DNA of 39,983 bases from Campylobacterota bacterium (GTDB lineage Bacteria; Campylobacterota; Campylobacteria; Campylobacterales; Sulfurimonadaceae), in the NCBI GenBank assembly GCA_034717975.1, contig JAYEMF010000039.1:12757-52739 (forward strand). The letters run 5' to 3'. Both the position numbers and the translations under genes were made by a program. Under the pieces are notes generated by a model. That model was not told the DNA's origin, searched no databases, and saw only the letters and a program-made list of their open reading frames with translations. Positions 29,926 to 39,861 of the stretch are shown one piece after another (positions within the stretch are counted from its first letter, which is position 1; every line of letters begins with the position of its first letter).

Positions 29926-31440
29926 ATGAAAAAACTTTTATGTGCCACTTATGAAGGCATCGAGGCCCAAAGCGTTTCTGTCGAGTCCACCCTGACTAAA
30001 GGACTCCCCTCCTTTAATATTGTAGGCATGGCAAATACTGCCATTACTGAATCAAAAGAGCGTGTTAAATCGGCACTGCTGAGTAATGATTTTGTCTTTC
30101 CCCCTAAGCGTATAACGATCGGGCTCTCTCCATCCGACCTGAAGAAGGAGGGGAGTCAGTTTGACCTGGGGATCGCGCTGCTGATCGTGCTGGATCATAC
30201 CGATCTCTCACTCGACGAGTGGTATGTCTTTGGAGAGCTTGGCCTTGACGGATCGGTCAAGGAGAACCAGCTGCTCTATCCGCTTATTCTTTCACTGGTC
30301 AATCATGTCGGCCTCAGCCAGGCTATTGTCCCGATGGAGAGTCTGGAGAAGCTCAGCAACATTCCCGATGTGCACTTCTACGGCGTCAATCATCTTAATG
30401 AGGCGATTGATCTTTTGAAACAACTGCCGGAAAACAAACCAACAATCACGGCAAAAGCGATCAGCCATCCCTTCCAAGCGATAGGCGATCAGAAACATTA
30501 CTACCAGGAACACTACCCCATCAATTTTATCGATATCAAAGGTCAGGAAGTGGCCAAGCGTGCGGCGCTTATCAGTGCGGCCGGTATGCATAACCTCCTG
30601 CTTGAAGGTTCGCCGGGATGCGGGAAGTCAATGATCGCCAAACGGCTTCGCTATATCCTGCCGCCATTGACACAGAGTGAACTGCTGGACATTGCAAAAC
30701 TGCAAAGTCTTGAAGGCAAAGAGCCCGGATTTGAACCGCTGCGCCCCTACCGCAGCCCGCATCACTCCTCAACACTGGCCAGTGTCTTTGGCGGAGGAAC
30801 ACATCGCGCCGAAATCGGAGAAATTGGACTTGCACACCACGGAATCCTCTTCTTTGATGAACTGCCGCACTACTCCAAACAGGTACTTGAAGCCCTGCGC
30901 GAACCGCTGGAAGATCAGAAGATCCGTATCTCAAGAGTTCACTCAAAGGTGGAGTACCCCACCAAGTTCCTCTTCGTCGCTGCCATGAATCCCTGTCCCT
31001 GCGGGAACCTGCTGAACAAAGCCCTCTCATGCCGCTGCTCAGACCGAGATATCAGCCGCTATAAAAACCGCCTGTCCGATCCCTTTTTGGACAGAATCGA
31101 CCTCTATGTCCAGATGCAGCCCATAGATCCGGCCGATCAGGCATCTGTCTCATCGAAGAGCCTGCACAGCCAGGTGCTCGAAACCCATGCCAGACAGAAA
31201 AAACGGGGACAGACGGAACTCAACGGCCGACTGAACGATGAGGAGATCGAGCGTTACTGCGTAATGGAGAGTGAGGCGAAAGAGACACTCGATCAGGCGA
31301 TCGGTCGCTTTGCGCTCTCGTTTAGAAGCATTAAAAAAATACAGAAAACGGCACGCACCATTGCCGATCTGGCAGGCGAAGCGTTGATACAAAAAAGCCA
31401 TCTGCTCGAAGCGCTTAGTTTTCGGAGGAGAGAACGGTAA
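29926..31440 (+). CDS. comM: ComM/YifB Mg-chelatase-like AAA+ protein
   Basis: ESKERVKSA, GSPGCGKS, RSPHHS, FFDELP, AAMNPCPCG. Confidence 0.9.
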   Translation: MKKLLCATYEGIEAQSVSVESTLTKGLPSFNIVGMANTAITESKERVKSALLSNDFVFPPKRITIGLSPSDLKKEGSQFDLGIALLIVLDHTDLSLDEWYVFGELGLDGSVKENQLLYPLILSLVNHVGLSQAIVPMESLEKLSNIPDVHFYGVNHLNEAIDLLKQLPENKPTITAKAISHPFQAIGDQKHYYQEHYPINFIDIKGQEVAKRAALISAAGMHNLLLEGSPGCGKSMIAKRLRYILPPLTQSELLDIAKLQSLEGKEPGFEPLRPYRSPHHSSTLASVFGGGTHRAEIGEIGLAHHGILFFDELPHYSKQVLEALREPLEDQKIRISRVHSKVEYPTKFLFVAAMNPCPCGNLLNKALSCRCSDRDISRYKNRLSDPFLDRIDLYVQMQPIDPADQASVSSKSLHSQVLETHARQKKRGQTELNGRLNDEEIERYCVMESEAKETLDQAIGRFALSFRSIKKIQKTARTIADLAGEALIQKSHLLEALSFRRRER

Positions 31441-31506
31441 GTAAGATCAGCGAAGGCTTCTTTTGTTAGTGACGAAACTGCAGCCAACCGGCAGCTCTCT
31501 TACTGA

Positions 31507-32544
31507 CTAGAACGTTGCCACTACCCACTTGGTAATAAAATAGCCGCCGATGAGCAGCCAGGCGAACATCACGCCAGCCGTATAGAGCGGAGCGAGCCCC
31601 AATCCTTTAAACTTGGCGAAACGTGTCCCCATGCCAAGAGCAGTCATTGCCATCGTCAATAAGAAGGTATCGATCTCATTGATGAGATTAACAATATCCT
31701 GCGGGACGATCTGCAGCGAGTTGAAACCGGCCATGCCGACAAAGTAGACGGCAAACCATGGGATGACAAGCTTGACCGCCGAGCCTTCACCTCCGCTTTT
31801 TCTGGCCGAGTAAGAGAGATAGATGCCCAGCAGGATCAGCATCGGGGCGATCATTATCACCCGGGTCATCTTGACGATGACCGCCGCATCACTCGCTTCG
31901 GGACCATACGCCCCGCCGACCGCTACGACCTGGGCTACTTCATGGATCGTTCCACCTACAAAAATACCGAATTCACGGTTGGTCATATCGAATACGCCTG
32001 CTGAGTAGAGCGCCGGGTACAAGAACATGGCAATGGTTCCAAAAAGGACAACCATTGAAACGGCGATCGCCGCCTTATGCTCTTCGGCTTTAAGTACCGG
32101 TTCCGTTGCAAGGACCGCGGCCGCACCACACACCGAGGCACCAGATGCATTTAACATTGAAGTATCGCGATCCATTTTGAAGAGCCTCTGTCCGATCCAT
32201 GTCCCTAAAATAAAGGTCGTTGAGAGCATAATGAGAGAGACCATAAAACCTTCCATTCCCACTTCGGCAATCTGCTGAAAGGTGATACGGAAACCGTAAA
32301 AAACGATGGCAAAGCGCAGGATCTTCTTCCCGGAAAAGACAATACCTGTCTCCCAGGCGGAAGGGATCTGATTGTGCAGGGTATTGGCATAAAAGATACC
32401 GATCACGATCCCAACCACCAAAGGCGATATTCCCAGCGAACTGACAGCTTCAATAGAAGCGATCATAGTCGCCGCTGCAGCAAAAATAGCGACAAAGATG
32501 ATACCATTGATAGTTCCGGCACGTTTTTCGGGTGAAAAAGCCAT
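31507..32544 (-). CDS. yeiH: YeiH/UPF0324 putative sulfate exporter family membrane protein
   Basis: GASVCGAAA, TIHEVAQV, IVKMTRV; true start MAFSPEK at 32544. Confidence 0.9.
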   Translation of the reverse strand: MAFSPEKRAGTINGIIFVAIFAAAATMIASIEAVSSLGISPLVVGIVIGIFYANTLHNQIPSAWETGIVFSGKKILRFAIVFYGFRITFQQIAEVGMEGFMVSLIMLSTTFILGTWIGQRLFKMDRDTSMLNASGASVCGAAAVLATEPVLKAEEHKAAIAVSMVVLFGTIAMFLYPALYSAGVFDMTNREFGIFVGGTIHEVAQVVAVGGAYGPEASDAAVIVKMTRVIMIAPMLILLGIYLSYSARKSGGEGSAVKLVIPWFAVYFVGMAGFNSLQIVPQDIVNLINEIDTFLLTMAMTALGMGTRFAKFKGLGLAPLYTAGVMFAWLLIGGYFITKWVVATF

Positions 32545-32558
32545 ATTATCTCTTTTTA

Positions 32559-32825
32559 GGGCACCTCTAAAAACCCTGGATATCATCAGCGTTACATACA
32601 TTTTCGTGATCAAGGCAGGTTCTTGTCAGCGTAGCAGGGCTACGGTGGCAAGGTTCTAACGCAGACTCACGGACATGTATGTAACGCCCTTCGGGAGGGC
32701 AAATAAGGCACAATCTTCCGTCCTAAAATCTCTTGAATTACCTATGGGTAGTCCTTCAAGATTTTAAAACGAAATCTTGCACCTTCTTTGCCCTCTGATG
32801 ATATCCAGGGTTTTTAGAGGTGCCC
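32559..32825. mobile_element. 267-bp MITE, complete copy
   Basis: 31-bp perfect TIRs GGGCACCTCTAAAAACCCTGGATATCATCAG; TTTA target duplication (32555-32558, 32826-32829); no transposase. Confidence 0.92.
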
Positions 32826-32865
32826 TTTATAAATTTGGAGGCGCATTATATCCAAATCAACAATC

Positions 32866-33120
32866 TCACTCAGACGACTCCTGCTCTTTAATGATCTTCT
32901 CAAGGCGTTTTCGGCTCTTTTTCAAGAGTTTTTTGACCGCCTTATGCTCTTTTTCAACCTTCTCTCTCTTCTCAGCTTTCTTTTGCTCTTCGCACTTTTT
33001 TTTCAGCCCCTTGGCTTTGGCTGAAAGTGCAAAGATGATCTGACGTAATTTTTCAACCTCTTTGCGCTGCTTCTTCTTTTTGAAATTTAAAAACATTTTG
33101 ACCTCTTCAATTAACTTCAT
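32866..33120 (-). CDS. Small Lys-rich coiled-coil protein
   Basis: ATGA overlap with the upstream transporter stop; alternative start at 33096. Confidence 0.65.
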   Translation of the reverse strand: MKLIEEVKMFLNFKKKKQRKEVEKLRQIIFALSAKAKGLKKKCEEQKKAEKREKVEKEHKAVKKLLKKSRKRLEKIIKEQESSE

Positions 33121-34883
33121 TCTTTCTCCTTGTCATGTGCCAGACCGATACGGCGGATATCTGCATCTTTAATCCACAGAATAGTCGCCATCTCAAGCAG
33201 GTTTTCCACAATATCATAAGCGATAGCACTGTCATTCATCAGAGATGTCGCCATATGTGTTGTGATCTTATCATTTCTGACCAACTCATCGATCCGTCTG
33301 TTCGCATCTTCATCCATCTCCTGAACGTCCTGCTTGATAACCTCTACCTGTGTCACGGCAAGAATATCATTAGGCTTCTGCCTCACATTTTCGATACCCC
33401 GCAGCAGGGTAGCTATCGTTTTTCTTGTCATATTGTATTCACGCTGGACATAGGTGTTGGGGCTCTTGATGTATCGGGCGATATTCTTCTGCAGCTCCCG
33501 AACGTCTTTCAGTGCTTCCACAATATCTCTGTTGGCCAACTTCAGTTCATAGGTACGGCGTTGGTCTTCATGCTCCATGACAACCTGTGCCATGGTAGAA
33601 AACTTAAGAATCTCTCCATAGAGCCCTTTGATATTTTTCTGATAATAGCTATCTACATCGATCGGGATGGTTTGTGTCGATGCGGTAACCACTTCACCGA
33701 TGGGACGATCCGACCAGATATCGTGTCTATGCAGCTGCAACGCATGTGCAACTGCTTTGATGCTTTTATCATAAAGACGTTCCGTCTCTTTTTGAATGGC
33801 TGCCAGGGCGGGTTCTGCCATCTCGATTACGGCATTGTCAAGATATTTTGGCTGCGCACTCTCCTCTTTGCGTATAAAACGCTGTTCAAGAACCCGTACC
33901 ATCTGTTTGGCAAATGGGGCAACAGCCAGCACACCTATAATATTGAAAAAGGTGTGAAACAGTGCCAGCTTCATCACATAATCATCTTCAGAAATCCCAA
34001 TATATTTGGCACTGAGGTCTACCAGTGCAGCCAATTGATGGATCAGTACTATCGCGATCACCGCCGTAACTACATTAAAGATAACATGAGCTACCGCCAG
34101 CCGCTTACCGTTCTCGTTAGAGGCGAGAGAACCTATCACCGCCGTTACCGTTGTCCCGATGTTCGCACCGATAGCCAAGGCCAGAGCATTGATATAGATA
34201 ATCTGTCCCGACGCCAAAGCAGTGATGATAATGGCCATCGTAGCACTGCTCGATTGGATAACGATCGTCGCAACAGCACCGACCAGGATATAAATCAGAA
34301 TGCCCATCATGCCCGGTATCGCAAATTCTGCCAGATCAATACCCGCTTTGAGAGTGTCAAACCCCTCTTTCATATAGCTGATCCCCAAAAAGACAAAGCC
34401 AAGTCCCAGCAGAACCGTACCGATACCCTGTGGCGTTTTTGCCTTCATAAAGCGTAAAACGACACCAAAAATAAGCATCGGCATCGCATAGTAGGCGATT
34501 TTCACCTTCACGCCCAGTGTCGCCACGATCCAGGCGGTTGTTGTCGTTCCGATATTGGAACCAAAGACGATCCCGATCGCCTGCGCCAGTCCGATCAAAT
34601 CAGCCGACAGAAACGAGATGGCGATCACCGTCACCAAAGAAGAACTTTGAACGATGGAGGTAACAAAAAATCCGCTAAATATCGCTTTTAAAAGGGTATC
34701 GGTCGTCTTTTCAAGAAAACGTTCTAAAATACCTCCGGCGAAGGCTTTGAAACCCTCCTCCATAAAATACATCCCCACCATAAAGATGGCGATACCCGAA
34801 GCGATCACTTTAAAATCATCACTGGCCAATATGGCATAACCCAAACTGCCAAAAAGTATAAAGGTCAAAAGCTGTTTTAACAT
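33117..34883 (-). CDS. Na/Pi cotransporter family protein with PhoU-like tail
   Basis: Duplicated QSSS and G(S/A)NIGTT motifs. Confidence 0.93.
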   Translation of the reverse strand: MLKQLLTFILFGSLGYAILASDDFKVIASGIAIFMVGMYFMEEGFKAFAGGILERFLEKTTDTLLKAIFSGFFVTSIVQSSSLVTVIAISFLSADLIGLAQAIGIVFGSNIGTTTTAWIVATLGVKVKIAYYAMPMLIFGVVLRFMKAKTPQGIGTVLLGLGFVFLGISYMKEGFDTLKAGIDLAEFAIPGMMGILIYILVGAVATIVIQSSSATMAIIITALASGQIIYINALALAIGANIGTTVTAVIGSLASNENGKRLAVAHVIFNVVTAVIAIVLIHQLAALVDLSAKYIGISEDDYVMKLALFHTFFNIIGVLAVAPFAKQMVRVLEQRFIRKEESAQPKYLDNAVIEMAEPALAAIQKETERLYDKSIKAVAHALQLHRHDIWSDRPIGEVVTASTQTIPIDVDSYYQKNIKGLYGEILKFSTMAQVVMEHEDQRRTYELKLANRDIVEALKDVRELQKNIARYIKSPNTYVQREYNMTRKTIATLLRGIENVRQKPNDILAVTQVEVIKQDVQEMDEDANRRIDELVRNDKITTHMATSLMNDSAIAYDIVENLLEMATILWIKDADIRRIGLAHDKEKE

Positions 34884-34907
34884 CACTGTCTCCTCTGCTG
34901 GACGGGG

Positions 34908-36089
34908 TTACTTCCCGTTCTCTTCCTCTTCCTCTTCCTCTTCTTTAATCTCAACCATATCGTTAAGATCGATTTTACCATCTACCTTGAGCTTCTCATT
35001 GTACTCCGGACTTTTCGTGAACATCAACTTCAGATCCGAAGCACTTGTCGCATAGTTATACGCCTCCTCCTCCGTGATCTTATCGGCAAGGCAGAGTTCA
35101 AAAAGAGCCGTATTGAATGTCACTGAACCAAAACTGTAACGCTCTTCCCCCATCGCATCAGGTATCTCATTGTCACGCATACTGCGGATCATATACTCGA
35201 TACGCGGACTGCGGAACATCATCTCCACTGCAGGGACCAGCCCACCCTCTTTTCCTCTAATAAGGCGCTGCGATACAACTGCTTGAAGGTTGGAGGCGAG
35301 GTTCATACGAATACGGTTTTGTTCACGCTCCGGGAAGATGGCGATCAGACGGTCGATCGTCTCGCGTGCATCCAGGGTATGCAGCGTTGAGAAGACCAGG
35401 TGCCCGGTATTGACCGCCTGCAGAACACTCTCAGCCGTTTCAACATCACGCATCTCCCCCACAACGATAATACCGGGGTCTTCGCGCATGGCTGAACGAA
35501 GTGCATTTGTAAAACTCTGTGTATGCTGCCCGATTCCGCGCTGTTCAATAATGCTTTGCTTATCAGAATGGGCGAACTCGACAGGGTCCTCAATGGTGAC
35601 CACATGTTTTCGGCGCTCTTTGTTGATCGTCTCGATAATCGTCGCCAGAGTGGTCGACTTTCCGCTGCCGGTAGTCCCCGTAACCAGGACAAGACCGCGA
35701 TTAAGCTTCGTCAAGGCTTCCAGTTCAGCAGGCAGATTCAATGCTTCAAAGCTTTTGATCTCATGCGGGATCAGACGGAGAACAATAGCGATCCCTTCAA
35801 GATGATAAAAGAGATTCACCCTGAATCGGTTCACCTCATCGAGAACATAGACCGTATCAAACTCCTGAATTCGGGTAAACTCTTCAAAACGCCCGCCAGC
35901 CAGCTCCTGCGCCATACCGAGAATCGTCTCCGGCGGTATATTTTCCGCAGACATTACAACAACGTCCCCACGAATACGCGCACGTACAGTTGCATTGCTT
36001 TTAATATGCAGGTCACTGCCCTCTTCTGCGACCAGCTTAAAAAGATAGTCCCGCAACACTTCTATTGGATGTGAATTTCTACTGTTCAT
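34908..36089 (-). CDS. PilT/PilU-family retraction ATPase
   Basis: SDLH, GTTGSGKST, EDPVE, GEMRD, TGHLVFSTLH. Confidence 0.92.
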   Translation of the reverse strand: MNSRNSHPIEVLRDYLFKLVAEEGSDLHIKSNATVRARIRGDVVVMSAENIPPETILGMAQELAGGRFEEFTRIQEFDTVYVLDEVNRFRVNLFYHLEGIAIVLRLIPHEIKSFEALNLPAELEALTKLNRGLVLVTGTTGSGKSTTLATIIETINKERRKHVVTIEDPVEFAHSDKQSIIEQRGIGQHTQSFTNALRSAMREDPGIIVVGEMRDVETAESVLQAVNTGHLVFSTLHTLDARETIDRLIAIFPEREQNRIRMNLASNLQAVVSQRLIRGKEGGLVPAVEMMFRSPRIEYMIRSMRDNEIPDAMGEERYSFGSVTFNTALFELCLADKITEEEAYNYATSASDLKLMFTKSPEYNEKLKVDGKIDLNDMVEIKEEEEEEEENGK

Positions 36090-36098
36090 AAAGACTCC

Positions 36099-39000
36099 TT
36101 ACTCATTGACTTCTATGCCCAGCTTGGTTTTAACCCATGTTTGAGCCTCATCTTCGTTCGCACCCACCTCTTTTACTCTTATGCGTTCCGATGCAATCCC
36201 TTTATTGAGAGTGAGGTAGGTACTGATCGCACTAGCCCGCCTGGCAGCAAGGGAAGAGAGCTCCTCTGTCGAGACCATCTGCAGAGCGATCAGCCGCTCC
36301 GGCAACTCTTTGGCATAAGCCTCTTTCCGCTCATCACGCTTATCATAACGTGTTTTGTACTCTTTTAGCAACTTCTCAAGCGCCGCCTCCCCTTCCATCT
36401 CTTCGTAAAGGGTCTCAAGCAGCGATACCGTCAATTCAGGTACTTCTCCCTCTTTACTCTCCTGCTTCACCCTGCTCAAAGCCATCTCGATCAGCTTCGC
36501 TCTCTGCATCGCATACTTGTCTGCCGCAGTGTCGTATCTCCCGCTGACCCCCAGCGAGAGCCGCGGCCGTTTTTTAAACGCTTTGGAGAGAGTGTCAAGT
36601 TTTTCGAGTTCCGGAGGCAGCAGTGCGGTCGAACCCGGCTCAAACTCGATATATTCCAGTTCAGCCCCTTCGATACCGAGCAGGGAACCCAGGAATCTAA
36701 ACGGTGCCGTCACCACATTGGTAATAAGATTTCCCACCGTCTTCCAGATGGTTGCCCCGTATTTAAAATCAGGATTGTTCAGGTCCCCTTCGACCGGCAT
36801 ATCGATATCGATCACCCCTTCGCTGTCTTCGAGCAGAGCGATAGCCAGACCAAGCGGAAGTGAAAGCGCATTCTCGCTCTCTACCTCATCACCCAGCTTG
36901 ATCTTTTTGATAATAACGCTGTTCTCTCCCTGCATCTGTGATTCATTGATTTTGTATTCAAGGTCCAAAAAGAGTTTGCCCTCATCAATTTTTCGGCCGG
37001 CAAAATTTGCCGAATAGGGGCTGTACTGATTTAGACCAAGGTTTCTGAACGCAACAGCCATATCGGTAAACTGTTTGGGGTCTGCCGAGTTTACACTCCC
37101 TTTGATCTTGGCCGAACCGTACTTGTCAACAACACCGTCAAGGTCGATATAACTGGTCTCCGTCGGGATGGAGGAGATCGCATAGACAAGGCCGTTAAGG
37201 TCATGAATATGCGTCTGAAAGTCCAGCGGAAGCGCAAAATCGGCAAAATCGGCACTGCTCTCAGTTACAGAGACTTTGACGATCTTGACCGGAAATGGTT
37301 TCGTCGCTTCACCGCGCTGAACCTCCGGCACCTCTTCTGTCTCCTTGCTGTCGGCACTCTTCTGCTCGCCTTTTTTCAACTGTGAAAAGTTAAAGGTTTT
37401 GTTCTGATCGACAATCGCATTGGCATACAGTCCGGTGATCTCTATCTCTTCAATGAAAAGAGTGTCAGGGGCGTATTCAAACAGGTACGGTTTGACATCC
37501 ACTTTTTTTAACGATACCAGCAGAGAGTCATCGAGCGTATTGTTCACAGCGAGGTCATTGAGCGTCAGACTCCCCTTGACACTCAGGTCCGACTTTGAGT
37601 TTGATGGCGAATAGATTTCATCGCTTTTAATGGAAAGCGCACCGCTTCTGATCTTGGCAAATAGCTGCTCTTCAATATAGGGATTGAGATCGGCCAGCTG
37701 AAAGTTTTTTAATTCGACCGTACCTTTCTGCCACAACGGAGTATGCTTCAGCGTTCCATCGGCTCGGAGTCTGCCGGATTGGTTGATACGCATAGTCGTA
37801 CGGTACTTCAGCGTACTTTCCCTTTTACTGCTTATATCATTGACCTTCACGCCTATCCTGTCAACCACAAAACGGGCACCGCCCTCAACAGCTGCATCCT
37901 TGAAGGTGACTTTACCGGTATCGATAATAAAGTGATTGAGATTCGCCTCCCAGGGTTTCTCCGCTTTCCCACTCTCTCCTTTCTTACCGGCCTTGGCCGG
38001 AGCAGCATGTTTGGGGACAGCGACCTTACTCAAGTTGATCGTACCGTTTTTCATACGTTCCAGATGGACAGATGGACGATTGAGCAGGAGCTTTTGCACG
38101 GCAGCCTGTTGCGTTGCGGTATTGGCGGAGACCCCTTCGACACGTATCTGTTTTAGATCAAGCAGCGTTGTCCCGCTACTGGGCTGTCTAACCTTGATAG
38201 CATCCAGAATCAGTGAACTGTCATCTATATTGACACCAACGGTACCATTATGATCAGTCACACTAAGCTGCAGTTCAAAGCCTGCCTTGGCGTTTACAAG
38301 AGCAGCATCATAATGCTCCAGCGCACCCCGGGCCGCCTGGTCAATGTACGGGTTGAACCAGGTCAGGTCAATTGCCTGACAGCCAAGTGAACTGCTCACA
38401 TTGAGCGGTGTATGCTCCACCTTGCCCCTGCCCTGACACGTCATAGCACCATTGAAGGCCAGTGAGAGATTATAATCGATCGGAGTGGCCGGTCGGGAGG
38501 TGATATCATCTATATCCAGCTTCAAGTTGTCCAACCGGCTTGTCACATTCGGAGTAACAGCTTCGTCCCTGAATGTTGCTCCAATACCATCCATACCGAA
38601 ATGCTCAAGGGTTACGTGCCACGGATGAGCATCACTTTCATTACGCTCTGGTTCAGCACCCTCTTCGCTAATCTCCTTGTTCTTGCCAGACAGCTGAGCA
38701 AAGCGCTCCCAGTCGATCGTTCCATCGCTTTCACGGGTTGCGGCAATGGCGACATCATGAATGTTGAAATCCTCTAACGCGACACGCCGTTTCAACGGCT
38801 CAACAACACCACCATCCAGAGTGATCTGCCCGACACTAAGCACATCACCAATCCGCGACTTTGGCTTGATTCGCAGTTTTTGCAGTGCAGCATGAATATT
38901 GTCAATACGAATAGCTTCAATATCTGCTAAATCCAAATTAAAATCAAAGTCCGCTGAGAGCCTGCCTTCCGCCACTTCCAGTGCAAGCTGCTCCTGCATA

Positions 39001-39707
39001 TAGCGCCATCCGGTATATAGAGCGCCTGATTCATAAGCAACATGACCCGTTAACGCTACCGGTTCCAACGATAAGAGTTCAGTCTTAATACTTAACGAAC
39101 TGCCATCGTTGATGCTCGTAAAAAAGCTGATCTTATCTTTACTGTTTTGAACATTTGCCGTATCGATACCATCGACATACAGATAGAGTGGTCCCAACTG
39201 AATATCGAAGGGTTCGCTTTTAGTCAGATCAAGGTATGCCACACGGCCATCACGGATCGAAAATTTTTCGAGGATAATATGCGGCAGAGCACTCTCTGTG
39301 CTTTCATCTGCCGTTCCACTCTTCTCCTGCGTACCGCCGAGCTTCGTCAGCCAATCAAAATTGAACGAGCCGTCTGCTTGATGTATCACTGAGATACGCG
39401 GATCATCCAATCTGATCATTTTCACTTCAATTCTTCCCGCTGCCAGCCAAAGCGGGTTGGCATTAACCGTTAAACGTCCAAGGTCAATAAAACGCTGCTG
39501 CTCAGGCGTTGAAAAATGTACACCAACAAGGTCAAGTCTACCTATCCAGGGGTTATAGGTAACATCTTCAAGTTCCAGGTGCCCTTTTGTCGTCTCTTCA
39601 ACGATCTTCGGCAACTGCGACTTAATGATCCAGGGAAGAATAAAAAACCCGATAAAACTATAGAGAACTGCTATTGTCAGCAAAATCCACTTCAGTTTTT
39701 TTAACAT
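36099..39707 (-). CDS. DUF748 (AsmA-like) envelope protein with OmpA-like C-terminus
   Basis: N-terminal anchor FFILP; SPYSANFAG; LPLGLAIALLED...GDLNNPDF; LAARRA. Confidence 0.85.
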   Translation of the reverse strand: MLKKLKWILLTIAVLYSFIGFFILPWIIKSQLPKIVEETTKGHLELEDVTYNPWIGRLDLVGVHFSTPEQQRFIDLGRLTVNANPLWLAAGRIEVKMIRLDDPRISVIHQADGSFNFDWLTKLGGTQEKSGTADESTESALPHIILEKFSIRDGRVAYLDLTKSEPFDIQLGPLYLYVDGIDTANVQNSKDKISFFTSINDGSSLSIKTELLSLEPVALTGHVAYESGALYTGWRYMQEQLALEVAEGRLSADFDFNLDLADIEAIRIDNIHAALQKLRIKPKSRIGDVLSVGQITLDGGVVEPLKRRVALEDFNIHDVAIAATRESDGTIDWERFAQLSGKNKEISEEGAEPERNESDAHPWHVTLEHFGMDGIGATFRDEAVTPNVTSRLDNLKLDIDDITSRPATPIDYNLSLAFNGAMTCQGRGKVEHTPLNVSSSLGCQAIDLTWFNPYIDQAARGALEHYDAALVNAKAGFELQLSVTDHNGTVGVNIDDSSLILDAIKVRQPSSGTTLLDLKQIRVEGVSANTATQQAAVQKLLLNRPSVHLERMKNGTINLSKVAVPKHAAPAKAGKKGESGKAEKPWEANLNHFIIDTGKVTFKDAAVEGGARFVVDRIGVKVNDISSKRESTLKYRTTMRINQSGRLRADGTLKHTPLWQKGTVELKNFQLADLNPYIEEQLFAKIRSGALSIKSDEIYSPSNSKSDLSVKGSLTLNDLAVNNTLDDSLLVSLKKVDVKPYLFEYAPDTLFIEEIEITGLYANAIVDQNKTFNFSQLKKGEQKSADSKETEEVPEVQRGEATKPFPVKIVKVSVTESSADFADFALPLDFQTHIHDLNGLVYAISSIPTETSYIDLDGVVDKYGSAKIKGSVNSADPKQFTDMAVAFRNLGLNQYSPYSANFAGRKIDEGKLFLDLEYKINESQMQGENSVIIKKIKLGDEVESENALSLPLGLAIALLEDSEGVIDIDMPVEGDLNNPDFKYGATIWKTVGNLITNVVTAPFRFLGSLLGIEGAELEYIEFEPGSTALLPPELEKLDTLSKAFKKRPRLSLGVSGRYDTAADKYAMQRAKLIEMALSRVKQESKEGEVPELTVSLLETLYEEMEGEAALEKLLKEYKTRYDKRDERKEAYAKELPERLIALQMVSTEELSSLAARRASAISTYLTLNKGIASERIRVKEVGANEDEAQTWVKTKLGIEVNE

Positions 39708-39764
39708 GCTTATACCTTCTTGCTAGCTCTATACTATTCTATCTCAATTTGTTTTAGAGTTGAT

Positions 39765-39857
39765 GATACCTCCCGTTAAAAAATTATGCCTGGGGCATGA
39801 TTTTAGGATATCTCCTGTCAAGCAAACGTGAGTGACCTCATGTTTGTAAGGAGTAAA
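39765..39857 (+). repeat. Two tandem copies (B, C) of the GATAYCTCCY hairpin motif
   Basis: B 39765-39806 (truncated) and C 39807-39857; homologous to the reverse complement of 99-148. Confidence 0.8.
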
Positions 39858-39861
39858 ATAA

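Noticed and set aside
31440..31504. Hammerhead-like three-way junction with GACGAAAC between comM and yeiH
   Set aside because: The CUGANGA core is absent (TCAGCGA instead), and stem II and the NUH site do not fit; more likely a structure between convergent genes.
32545..33043. N-terminal extension of yeiH (to 32613) and ORF 32777-33043
   Set aside because: Both contain LMISRVFRGAL, which is just the MITE terminal inverted repeat read outward.
33135..34457. 440-aa plus-strand ORF and other long antisense ORFs (for example 15713-16324, 16738-17430, 18270-18962)
   Set aside because: They are shadows of well-supported genes on the opposite strand and have no motifs of their own.
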